Positions 46,659-57,991 of a stretch of DNA of 64,000 nt are shown here, piece by piece. The notes under the pieces are model-generated. The model worked only from the letters and a program-made list of their open reading frames with translations. It was not told the DNA's origin and made no database searches. The position numbers and the translations under genes were made by a program. Numbering within the stretch: position 1 is the stretch's first letter; the number at the start of each line of letters is the position of its first letter. Source of the stretch: Schizochytrium sp. TIO01 (taxonomy: Eukaryota; Protista; Bigyra: Labyrinthulomycetes); assembly GCA_004764695.1 (NCBI GenBank), contig SMSO01000031.1, positions 2,642,436 through 2,706,435 of the forward strand. The letters are read 5' to 3'.

Positions 46659-48500
46659 ATGATGGAGACACTTGGGAATGAAACCGGTGAGGAGATGCCT
46701 ATTTGGCTTGATAACTTGGAGTTTGATGAAGAGGGTACCTCTTCAGACGCCAGTATCTCCTGGTCAAGATGTGCACCGGAACTAGAGAATCAACACGAGC
46801 AGCAGAAGGACCTTGTCATGAACGTACACAGCTCTGTCAATGCAGCTCCTGCACCATCACTTGTCTTCGAGGATGAAGATGATATCAACACATACGAAGA
46901 GCTCAAAGCATGCGGCATTATCCCCGCTGATGATGACCAGGATGCAGCAGTTGGCTTCCACACAGACGAGAACATCTGGGAAACTCGTGATGTCCAGCAC
47001 CAGCACCACGTTGCTCACAACGAAACGGTCCCTGCACCGACAGATGTTTATTACACTGATGCAACAAAGCAACAGCTCCACGAAAGGCGGCACCCCAGTG
47101 TTTTGGTTGAGGAAGCTGCAGCAGTAGATTCTCACGAGAGAGTAGTAACCCGTGCGCACAGCCCATCACAGCGCCTCAAACGCCCCAGCGCTTACATTGG
47201 TAAAGACTCTATGGACAACACAAGCGTAGCCATTAAGACAGAAGATTCGTTGCAGATTCAACCTCATCCCGCTGCTGCTTCCGCACGGCGCTACAACCAC
47301 GCATCCCATCACAAGTACATGCACAATTTGCATGCGATGGGCCACCAGTCGCACCCAAACGCCCATCCCCAGATGGCCCCTTACATTTTCCCGATGCCAC
47401 ACCCGCATCAACACCCTAATGCAGCAATGGGTGCATATGGCCGAGTTCCTCCGGGTACCCCCGCTGCCGCACCAAGTCCGGCAAACGCCTCCCATCTTGA
47501 TGCGCAACTTAAGTTTCAGGAGAGACAACTCATTGCCCAGTTTCATGAAATCCAGCTTGCTCGCCATGCCTTGCAGCTTCAAGCGCAGGCTGCACACATG
47601 CAAGAGGCTCAGGCTCGCGCACGCGAGCAACAGGATCGCTTGATGAACTCTTCCGAAGTACCTAATGTAACTAGCTCTACAACTCTGGAAGGGCACACCA
47701 AGCACATTACTAAGCACTCATCTCCTGCAGAAAACAACGTTAACCTCAACCGCACAAATTCCGAAAACCTAGAGACACAGCGGCATGGCAATGAGCTTGT
47801 TGCTGCAAACCAGGTAAAACGTGCTGCTTCTGATGACCGCCACAGTGCAAAGCGCCGCCTCTCAGACTATCAGCAATCTTGCATTAGCCCAAAATGCACT
47901 AACAGCAAGAAGTTCGCTGCTCTTGGCGAAGCTGGTTCGCCTAGTCCATGCTCTGTCGCAAGTGATGCACAGTCATCACCTTCTGCTTCTAGCGAATACT
48001 TCGAGCGCGTGACCCCGGAATCGCATGCAACCCGCGTAACTAAGGCTAACCGTCGCCGTGTTTGCGAGTTCTGCCTTCGTAAATTCCAAGCCCAGGATGA
48101 ACTGCAGCAGCACCGTGCTAAGCACATTCTTGGCGAGAACAGTTTTACCTGCATTCACCCCAACTGCAACAAGACCTATTCAACGGGTGAGGGTCTTCGT
48201 CTGCACGTACGTAATGTTCACCTCGATGCAAAGATCTGGAAGTGCCTTGCCAAAGATTGTGAACGCTCATTTGTTCGACAGTCTGATCTCCGCATGCACA
48301 TTATTCGGATTCATTCAAATATTCGCCCGTTCCCTTGCATTGTAGATTCTTGCAAAAAGTCGTTTGCCTGCCACTCTGAACTTCGTCGTCATGTGTACTC
48401 GTGCCACAAGCTCACATGCCCGAAACCGGAAGAGTGCAAACCTGTGGTCAACTTCATGGACCTTGCATTCGTGAAGCGCCTCATGCTTAAGGTGGAGTAG
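46659..48500 (+). CDS. C2H2 zinc-finger transcription factor (4 C-terminal fingers; acidic N-terminus; H/P/Q-rich middle)
   Basis: 613-aa ORF. Fingers CEFC..HRAKH, CIHPNC..HVRNVH, CLAKDC..HIIRIH and CIVDSC..HVYSCH at ~48060-48410, with a linker HSNIRPFPC resembling the HTGEKPY linker. Confidence 0.95.
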   Translation: MMETLGNETGEEMPIWLDNLEFDEEGTSSDASISWSRCAPELENQHEQQKDLVMNVHSSVNAAPAPSLVFEDEDDINTYEELKACGIIPADDDQDAAVGFHTDENIWETRDVQHQHHVAHNETVPAPTDVYYTDATKQQLHERRHPSVLVEEAAAVDSHERVVTRAHSPSQRLKRPSAYIGKDSMDNTSVAIKTEDSLQIQPHPAAASARRYNHASHHKYMHNLHAMGHQSHPNAHPQMAPYIFPMPHPHQHPNAAMGAYGRVPPGTPAAAPSPANASHLDAQLKFQERQLIAQFHEIQLARHALQLQAQAAHMQEAQARAREQQDRLMNSSEVPNVTSSTTLEGHTKHITKHSSPAENNVNLNRTNSENLETQRHGNELVAANQVKRAASDDRHSAKRRLSDYQQSCISPKCTNSKKFAALGEAGSPSPCSVASDAQSSPSASSEYFERVTPESHATRVTKANRRRVCEFCLRKFQAQDELQQHRAKHILGENSFTCIHPNCNKTYSTGEGLRLHVRNVHLDAKIWKCLAKDCERSFVRQSDLRMHIIRIHSNIRPFPCIVDSCKKSFACHSELRRHVYSCHKLTCPKPEECKPVVNFMDLAFVKRLMLKVE

Positions 48501-51215
48501 GCTGACGACACCTTATCCTACATTTTTTTGAAGTTGATCGTTTGACCTCCGTGTCGACCAATCACTTTCCTTCAGTAGCTTTGGCCAATCTTTAAATTAC
48601 TCTGGCTATCAACCTGACTCCTCGAGCTAGCTTTGCCGCTATACTCTTTAAGTTCTAAGAAGACCAGACAAACAAATCAACCGTACCATTCTCTTATCTA
48701 GCTGGCAAAAGGTGTCGGGAAGCTCCACGAGCCGCCTTTTCCTGCAATGCATTGACTTGATCCATTTACTTTATTGTATACGACAAAAACCCAATTCACT
48801 ACTACAAGTCGCCTTTATCGTTCTATCCGCCAATTTGAACCACTCACTTCATCAGAACTCGGTGTATCATAACCCCAGACACACCAGTAGTGTGTGCATT
48901 GAGTATCCATGATGCGGTGGTCTTTGGCGTGTTGTTTTCTCCATTTGACTTCTTCTCTGTAAAACCAATAAATGCGTTTGTTTTCGTTGCACTACCTGTT
49001 CTCGATAAGTTGTTGATAATCCGCCACTCAAGGAAAAAAGACTTCACTCTCCCGACCAACAAATTCACTGTCGAAGTTCACGAAGTCACGGCATGACTCA
49101 CTCTATGAAACATCTTTTACTCCTCAGTATTGCTTCCATTGAGAGAGAACATCGAATCAGTTTTTTCTTTTGTGTTCCTTATTAGCAATGGAAAAATTCA
49201 CTATATAACGACAAGTTGTGAAGATAATTCCCTGATATAAGTGATCCACTGATTGAAGCCCATGATGCGCCGTCCAATGTAGAGAAAGACCTGGTGCTTG
49301 CTAAAAGCCACCAAGGATTCCCATATAGCAAGCCTCTAGCTTTTATAGAATAGCCTTCTCTCACTAACAATACTATCAATACTGATACAACCATCTTACT
49401 ACAACATTGAACATCAACCACAAGGATGTGATTTGCGTTCACATGCGGCTCTTTTTATCAAGCTTAGCTGGCTCAACATCAGCATTATGAGATCTGTGAA
49501 TATGAAGACGAACGAAGAACCCTCAGAGTAAACATGAACCCCAACAGCCTGAGCAAGCTAACCAATCAAGCTTGTGGAGACCATCATTTACTATGGCTTT
49601 GGCTTTTATTTATTGCAAACTGCTCGATTGATACAACACCGACGTCCTCGTTTGAGTTATGCCTACTTCTATCTTCGTTTGCAACCAGCTCTTATGTTTG
49701 CCACTTTCGCAATGCTAGTGGTGCACACAACTCTTTATTATCAAAAAATTTCTTCTTCCATACACAACCCCAGTTAGGTATGTTCAGAAAATGAGTGCTG
49801 GAATTGCTTGCACCAAAACTTTTGTGCTAGCTCTCAGTGTTACGCTGCATACCTTTTTTGTAGAGAAGGGATAGCAGTAATCAACACAAGAAAAAGAATC
49901 TTACAAGCTGAGAGATAGAAACCCAACCCTTTCACTAGTTCTCTAACTAGTCGAGAGTAAGCTATACCACTCTATTCGTATGCATAAGTACTCCCGGTAA
50001 CACCCCCGCTCCTCTGGCTAAGGGGGTGGCGCCATGACAGCAGCTTTCAAGTCCAGGGGAGAACACAAACCTTCGCCTGAGCACGCGCGATGCGTTTCGG
50101 GTTTGCTCACACGACACCATCTGCACATCACATTTCCAATTTGGAACTTGCCTCCGCTCTTCGTACTTGCTTGTGTATTCACTCGCCTGTTCTTGCTTCG
50201 CTTTTTTATTTCGGCAGCTAGGCAGGCGGTCTGACCGTAGCATTTGAAGTACACAAGCAAAAGCTGACACCACTACACCATGGTGTTAGCCGGGCTGCCT
50301 GCTATACCAATCATGTACTACAGCCGAGGAGGCCAGCGAGCAGCAGCTCCTCGCAAAAGCGCAACTGAGTCTTGGGAGCACCACCCATCACTGCCAGCAG
50401 CCAAGTCAGTGTCCTGCCTGCCTCTAGCCACCTCCCTCGCAGAGGGCGGCGGCGTTGCTTTCAAGGTTTGCTGCGAGTCGTTTCGATCTCTGCCGCCTCC
50501 GGGAGCGCAGCGCCTTCCATCTTCCGCGCTTCCCATGGAAAACCCCTCCATACAGGCTGCGTCTGTCCCTTCTGTGAGCGAGATGGAGCTGTGTGTGGCC
50601 CTCACCTCTAGCTAACTATTCCTTGATCGCTGCCTGTTTGCCTCCCTCTTCGCCTGCCTGCCAGTCAAGAGGCGGGCCACAGCGGCGGCATTCTGCAAGA
50701 AAGCAAGTTGGCGGCGCAGAAGTAAGTCAAGTCTGCGGAGAGAGGAAAAGAGGGCTTCCTGCCTGGCTGTCCTCTTATTAGTCGGCGAGCGAGCGAACTT
50801 GAGCGAATGAGTACAAAGAGAGAGAGGCTCTGAAGGTTTTCGAGCCTGGCTCAGGACACGCGTGTGGTTTCGTTCCAAAAGCAAGCTGGAACCCTGCATC
50901 AAACTTGCCCATATATGGAGGCGTTCCTCGCAACTCAAGCGATTCAAGCAAGCAGACATGGGAGCGCAGACCAATCGGCTCATCGGCCGTGGGATCGCTC
51001 ACTCGCTCAAGATAATTGCGTGCTTGCTTGCTTGCTCGCTCGCTAGTTTTCTTGCTTCCTGCTCGCTTGGCGGGGCGGAGAGATACTCTGACTACAGGAG
51101 ACCTGGCGGGAAAGAAGACAGGAAAGCCTGAGGGCACACCAGCGGCCATCGGGGACCCGCAAGGGTGCCCGGCGACGTACGAGGATCTGAGGAACGCCTC
51201 GAACCCCATGACTTC

Positions 51216-51325
51216 CTTACTTACTTACGGACTGACTGACTGAGTGACAGTGCCCCACTGATGCATCAATTCATGATCGATCGATCGATCAATCGACCGA
51301 CCGACAGACTGTGCTGACTGACTAA
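51216..51325. repeat. Compound tetranucleotide microsatellite (CTTA/GACT/GATC/GACC)
   Basis: cttacttacttacggactgactgactgagtgac...gatcgatcgatcgatcaatcgaccgaccgacagac. Confidence 0.85.
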
Positions 51326-53014
51326 CCGATTTCCAGAGTGCCTCTGCAGAAAGAGAGAGAGAGGGGGACTGTGAGAGAGAGAGCTTTTGCATGTTTGGGA
51401 CAGACAGAGGGAGAGAGTGGAAGGGAAAAGGACAAAAGCAGGGAAAGAAGCCAGGAAAAGTGTGTCGAATGTATGTATATAGCAGGTATGTGATAAGTAG
51501 GTAGCAGTAGCAGAAGCGTAGAAGACACAAAGGCGATCGATGGCTTGCGAAACGAATCCCTAAATGCTCCCAAATCTACAACGACCCCAGACCCAGCTCA
51601 AGCTCCTGTGAGGCCAGAGATGCATAGAAGACGCACAGAGAAAACAAAAAGCGTGCAGGTTGGCAGACCATGCTGAAGACCCTGCCCCACAAGAACCTTC
51701 CTCCTCCGTGCATCGATCATCATGCTGCCCAGCTAGCTAGCTATTTGTGACAACCCTAAGATCAAGGGCAGGTAGGAAGGTCCTACGGGAGCTTCCTATC
51801 TGAAACCCTAAGCGTACGAGTACGAAAAAGGCATTAGTCTGGGTCGTACCTGAGGCTTTGCACTACTATGAGTACTACTACTCCGTACAATGCCTGTTTA
51901 GGTGCCTATACCACGAGATTCCTGGCCACTTCCGCCTGGTGCCTTTGCGCTCACGAATACAGCCAGGTCTCGTCCTGCGCCTGAGATAGCCCTCTCCCTC
52001 GCCGCTACGCCCTTTCCCTCGCTCGCTCGCGCCAGGCCGCCTGCCGATCGCTCCATCGCTGCCTGAAGGAGCTCCTCGCTGCCTACAGCAAGACAGGCCT
52101 CGGCAGTTCAAGGTCTGCTCTTGTTTCACTCTCACCTTTACTCTCTTCGTATGCAGTAGCTAGGTTAGCAGTTGGTTACATCCAGAACCCGAACTTGCGT
52201 CTTAAGGTGTACTAGCATTATCTCTAGGCTCGCAACAAACAACCCTTAGCTGGCGGTAGGCAGGTGCTAGGAGGCTATTTTGAAGTAAGTTGCTCGTGCT
52301 TTTGGGCGTTGCACCGCCTCCAAGATTACCCAGAAAACAAGTCGACCGGCGCCATTGCTCGCATCAATCAGCGGCAAGGGATCGCACATGCTTGCTGAGG
52401 CTGCCGTTTGTCAGCCAGGGATTGGCTGAGGACTGCGAAGATACCCAGGGCCAGGCTCGCTGACAGACAGGCAGAAAGATATGCAGATAGATAGATAGAC
52501 ATCAGGCAGCGCAAGAGCTTTGCCGAATGATCTTGATCAATTTGCTTTCAGCTGTTCTGGTTGGCTTTCTCAGCTCCATAGAAATTCAAATTCCATGCGC
52601 ATCCTAATACCTAGCTACTGCTCTCTACAATTCCTTTAGTCACAACTGCAAGCCAACAGGCTTCTGGAAGAAGGTCGCTCACAGTTCGGTGCAGCACGAA
52701 TAACTCATTTGAAATTTGCGAAACGAGTGAGTCACTCGAGTCAATACTGGTACCAACTTGCTCGAACCCTGAAGTTATCGCGGTAATCGGACGCAACTCA
52801 GGCCAGGAACCCATCTGACACATGGCCGGGGCCGGCCTGGAGAGCCTTCATGGGCACCATCTCCTCCTCACTTGTGCAGGTTGAGGCCTACTCTGATTGA
52901 TGATGACACTCGCTTGATCAGAGATGATGACTGCTGAGACCTTCTTACGAAAAGCTTAGCACCAGCGAAAACCCATAGTAACTATCTGACTGGCTGCAAC
53001 TCCTACTAGCTTAA

Positions 53015-53049
<35 letters not shown>

Positions 53050-53192
53050 AAGTATCTTCGATAATTGAGGTTTTGGGCAGCCAGTCTGCTCACGAGTAGC
53101 GCACTAAACAAGTAGTTGTTAATTTGCAATGTTTTGTCCTTCACTGCGCTGCGCTGCGCTGCTCAATCAATCGATCGATCAATCGATCGATC
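53015..53192. repeat. (TAAG)n, (CTGCG)3 and (AATC/GATC)n microsatellites
   Basis: taagtaagtaag... at 53015-53054; ctgcgctgcgctgcgct at 53144-53160; caatcaatcgatcgatcaatcgatcgat at 53164-53192. Confidence 0.9.
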
Positions 53193-53878
53193 CCTCAAAA
53201 CTCAGCCATGCATTGGATAGCTCGACCAACTATTCTCATAACCAATGGGCCGACAGGCCTCGTAAATGGCGCCTGGAGTGTCCATCTTCGAATGATTCAC
53301 AATCGCAGAACTTGGTGGGATTTTAGCCTCGAACATTTTGCCAATAAATCAGTCATAAAAGTTTACGGCAAAACAAGAGGTGATTCAATGCACAGAACAC
53401 CTAAAAAAACGCTGGACGGCTGTTCTTTTTCGCACCTGTGAAAGCTGTGAGGAGGACTCTTTTGCAGATTTTGAAGGGAATCCGAAGTCCCTAGGAATTA
53501 TGTTGTTTCCTACGCATTCACTGGCAGGTGCATTCAGAAAGGCCGATCGCTTACTCTCTGATTTCAGATTCTCTTTTACATAAAAACTTGAAGGAAGGAA
53601 AAAAGGACATGATAGAAAACAAGTCTGCAGGAACTCTTTTAACCTGTACTTCAAACACCCGGCGTTTAGCAGCTAGCTCCCTTCTACTTTGGGGATAGCG
53701 GCCTCGAAATTTAAATGTCAAGCTCAAATTTCAAGCTGTTCTTACTTCTAAGCAGCGCGTAGGTACTCACGAATTCCCAGATACTACAGTTTCCGCCACC
53801 CGCGATGATTGGCGTCACGAGATCGGGAGAACGTACCCGCTACTGCGCGCCTAGACTCTCTTAGCGCGGAGTCGAGGC

Positions 53879-53930
53879 GAATGAATGAATGAATGAGTGA
53901 GTGAGTGAGTGAGTGAGTGAGTGAGTGAAT
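53879..53930 (+). repeat. (GAAT)4(GAGT)8GAAT microsatellite
   Basis: Read directly. Confidence 0.95.
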
Positions 53931-54427
53931 ATCCTGTAGCGGAATGAAGGACTTTTTCTATTCCATTCCTTTTTGCGGGAATAAAGTCCCAGTCTTCCAG
54001 CATTGCAAAAGTAACCACTACTACCAACCAACACAGAGAACACGACGCTCTCGAGCTTCGTTTTCTGTCCTGCCCGACAGTGACACGGTCACGAGTGGAC
54101 ATGACGGACTCGAGGCGACACGACGTTCTCGCTTCGCCTCTCCGCGTATGACATGCTTGGTACCTCTGCCTCCCTCGGCAGAGGCCCGGCATCCCGAAAA
54201 CCCCGAGCAATGGCATGCATGGCACAATGCATAAATAATGGCATGGCATGCTTGCATTCCACCGTGTCGAGGGAATCTTGAGCTGCAGGGCACCCGCCTC
54301 GCTCGCCCATCGAGTCTCAAGTTCTCTCCTCCGCGTTTGAATTAAGCGCACAACCTAACGAACCTGATGCTTTCTTCACGAGCCGGGCTCGAAGCGCACT
54401 TGATCCTCCCATCGAAGTCCGCCACGC

Positions 54428-54495
54428 GAGTGAGTGAATGAATGAGTGAGTGAGCGAATGAGTGAGTGAGTGAGAGAATGAGTGACTGACTAACT
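54428..54495 (+). repeat. Mixed (GAGT/GAAT/GACT)n microsatellite
   Basis: Read directly. Same orientation as the 53879 array. Confidence 0.9.
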
Positions 54496-54684
54496 AGCTG
54501 AGCCAGCGAGTCAGCGGCCGCGCCGGAAACCAGGGCCCTCTCTCTCAGCCCTCTCTCTAAGCCCTCAGAGCAGAGGACGGCCTCACTCACTCCCGCAGCG
54601 GAAACCCGGAAGCTAGCTAGCTCACCTGTGAGGGACAAAAGGGTGTCGGCTCAGGACAGCAGCGACACGACAGACCGAGTAAGA

Positions 54685-54806
54685 CTGAGTCTGAGTCTGA
54701 GTCTGAGTCTGAGACTGAGACTGAGACTGGGACTGAGACTTTGGGAGGCAGATTTTCCAGGAGACGGAGACGCGAAGGCACAACAGACTGGCTGAGAGTG
54801 GCTCGC

Positions 54807-54840
<34 letters not shown>
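54685..54840 (+). repeat. (CTGAGT)4(CTGAGA)n hexamer array and (GGCT)8 array
   Basis: 54685-54740 and 54807-54840 read directly. Confidence 0.9.
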
Positions 54841-57524
54841 ATGCTCATTTGGCTTCGAAAGGGAGGGAGGGAGAGCTTGAAAGGAGCGCAGATTAACTAA
54901 CGGGAGGCGGAGGAGATAGGAGCGATCCGGCGAGCTTCCAAATCGGCGAGCTGTCCTTGCGCAAGTTCCAAGCTCTACCGCCGCTGCTTCCTGGCGCCTG
55001 GTTTCCTCGACTTTTGAGTGCCGCGAGGCCGCCGCGTGAAGATTTTGAATTTGGGGAGTTTGACGAACTCCAGAAAAGAAGGCCCCTTTCCCTGCTTCTT
55101 TCGAAGAGCTCTGCGCACCTCGCTTGCCTGCTTGCTTGCTTGCTCAACTTGAAGATCAAGGCGCCGCTCTTTGCAAATAGATACATGCTCCGTGCTCTGG
55201 AACGCGCATCGGCTGGAGGAGAACCGGATTTGGATTTGAGGGAGCGAGCTAGCTAGCTAGGCTTTCTTAGCGCCGCCAGGTAGCAAGCACGCTTTCAAAG
55301 GTTTAGTTCGCTTGCAGGGAAGATGGAACAGGGAACGAAATAGGGGTTTCAGGACAGGCCTCGAACATTCTGTAACTGGCGACCGCCATGGCGACCATTT
55401 CCGGAGCTATGAAATGGCACCTTTGGTGTCTCCCTGGCAGGGCTCATGAGCTCGGCTTGCCAGGAAGCGACCAGTGAGGAGGACCATGCTGTCATAACCG
55501 GGACCTGAAGCTCAATTCCTCGTCGAAGCGACAATGCGAGCTAGGTGGCGAGGTTGCTCGGCGATATGCGAAGACCCCTGCTCGAGAAGGGGCAGCGAAC
55601 CTCCAGCGCACCACTTTGGCAAAAACCTTGAAGATATTTTGTCTTTCTGCGAGTTTACCTTACTGCTCCTCTGTAAAAACTTATTTTTTGTTTTTGTTTT
55701 TTAAGTTAAAGATTATAGAAAGGGAAAAATTATAAAAACCTTCTGAAGAAGTTCGTTCATCGTGGATCACTTGCAAGTTATGGCTCTGAGCAGTACTGCA
55801 GCATAATCCCTGTCATACCGCTAAAGGAGTTTGTTTTGTTCTACTGATAATAGAATCCTTGGTTTGCAGTTGCGATGCCCTTGGCAAACGAAAAAGGGAA
55901 AGGAAACCAGGAACCAGGAATTGAGATCTCCACCATAGATTTGGAAATTCTTTGATCCCATTCACACTTGATAAGCCAACAATTTTATGGAAGTGAGGCG
56001 AACTCTTTGAATTACCCGCCCATGGTGATTCTTAATTGTCAACATGCGTTGATTAGAATATTTGACGTTGCCATCTTGCGTATACAGAAATTCACATGCC
56101 CAAGGTTTACTACAATGCTAAGGAAATGTTTACTACAATGTTATAGCCAATTATGCAGTCGGTCGGCCGGCCGCCGGCCGGCCCTTGTAAAAGAAACTTA
56201 ATGTTGCATTTGTCCTTCAAGCATCATGATAGGTGGATATCCATTCGTCTACTATTAACTAGCATTTGTACCTTACATGGCAATTTGAAAGGTGACCTCT
56301 CATCACGGCGAAGAAGTATTTAGGAATTGCTGCTTCAGATTTTCGCAAGTTTGTCCTGTAGTAAATTTACTATTCCATATCAAATTAAGTATACACTAGA
56401 TGTCACATAAAGAAAACCTTAGGAAAGGAGCTTTTGCTTGCGAAAAGTGACTCATGGGATGCATCCCAAGTTTCTCTATAGCTTTAGTTTGCGTCGATTA
56501 GTTTCAATTTATTCCCTCGCTCCTGCGAATCCTAGCTTGAATGGTCTCCGAGATCAACAAGTTTGGGAATTCAAGTATGCTGCTCCCTGTGAGTATAGTA
56601 TAGCAAGCTGTAAATGCATTCCTAAAGATTCTACTTCAGGCTCCGTTATAGCTTCCTTCAAGTGCCAACCATAGCAAATAGGTACCTAGCGTGCTATTAG
56701 TAGCACATGCGCCATGGTATTGCATCACTTAAATGATCAAGTGTCGTTGCCAGGCGAAAAACTTCGCACAAACCAATCGTTGTCTTCATAAAATGTAAAC
56801 TCTTGGAGCTACACTGCGCAAATCCTATTTTATTGTTTAATAAAGAATATAAAAAAAGAGATTAACATAAAATCCGTGAGCTATAGTCAACTTGGAGGTA
56901 TAGTCGTACGTACACCTCTGCATGGCTTTAGTATACAATAGGTTTGAAGTGAGCTATATCGAAACCCCAAAGTCATTCATTGTGCATACTCAAACAGTTC
57001 ACTTTTCTAAACTCCAGGCTCTTCTAGATAGTTCGTTTGCGAGTTGGAGGAACCAAGGATAGAAAGCAGCCACTAACTTGTTTTCCACGTAGAAGCATGG
57101 GGAAAAGGTAGGCACATGAATTTTGCCCACTTTTGTACTGGAACCAAAGGGATGCACCAATCATCTATTCAAGTTAGTCACCATATCTATCCATGACACT
57201 TTCATCCTCAGCTAAACTTGGGAAATGATAAAAATCTCATAACAGACTATGATACTAACTTAGTATGTACTAGGCAATATGCACCTACTACCCATCTAGG
57301 TAATATTAACCTAGGTCAGGCAGGCAATCTTGAAAATAAACTATGAAACCACGCATTAATCCCACTACAGTTTTTGGTTTTATTTTTCTAAGTCAGCATC
57401 AAACCTACCACTACGCGGTGCTCTTGCGGCATCAGGATGCGCAGTTTAGGTGTTACGTAGGTGCGTCTCCACACCATCGGGTGCAAGCTGTGTTAATAAA
57501 TAGTACTCTAGTTGTTGTGCTATG

Positions 57525-57566
57525 ATTGGCAACGTGTGTTTTTCTAGCTGTGGTGGCAACGTGTGT
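57525..57566 (+). promoter_or_regulatory. Direct repeat TGGCAACGTGTGT x2, ~430-465 bp upstream of the LRR gene ATG
   Basis: attggcaacgtgtgtttttctagctgtggtggcaacgtgtgt: 13-bp direct repeat with 27-bp period. Confidence 0.35.
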
Positions 57567-57991
57567 ACCATCAGGCGCGGGCACCGCGCGAGAACACGGC
57601 AAGGGACAGAGTGTAGCCGTCGCGAGTATGTACAAGATGAATTGTGCATTGGGAGAGAGGTGGGGAGCTCTGCTCTCTTCAGATATTATTTTTGCAGTGA
57701 CTCGCCTTGGGTATGGCCGAGACTCTATGAAAATTGCTCATTTCCTGCGATTGTCATCGTTCCTTGAATTGGGAGTCTTGATCGTGCTGGTGTTGTAGTT
57801 GTCGTGGGACCTGGTCGTTGCACGAGAGGCGAGACAACTACTCTGTACGACACCAGATATTGCAAAGCTCCAGGCACAAAGTAGATAGCGGCTAAACTCC
57901 TTAGACAACTGTGTCAATACTTACAACCAAGCAAAGTGAAGAAGCTCTGTACGCAACTTCATACGTGCGTTTGCAAGGGGTAACAACAATA

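Noticed and set aside
46790-48345. Numerous antisense and alternate-frame ORFs inside the zinc-finger gene (likewise within the IQ and LRR genes)
   Set aside because: Shadows of the real CDS caused by codon bias.
53851-54848. ORFs of 60-166 aa with SLTHSLTH, LRLRLRL or QPASQPAS runs
   Set aside because: Translations of microsatellites; no coding signal.
57911-57991. GTG-initiated N-terminal extension of the LRR ORF (similarly the TTG start at 63187 for the EF-hand gene)
   Set aside because: Eukaryotic context; the first in-frame ATG (57992 and 63163 respectively) is preferred.
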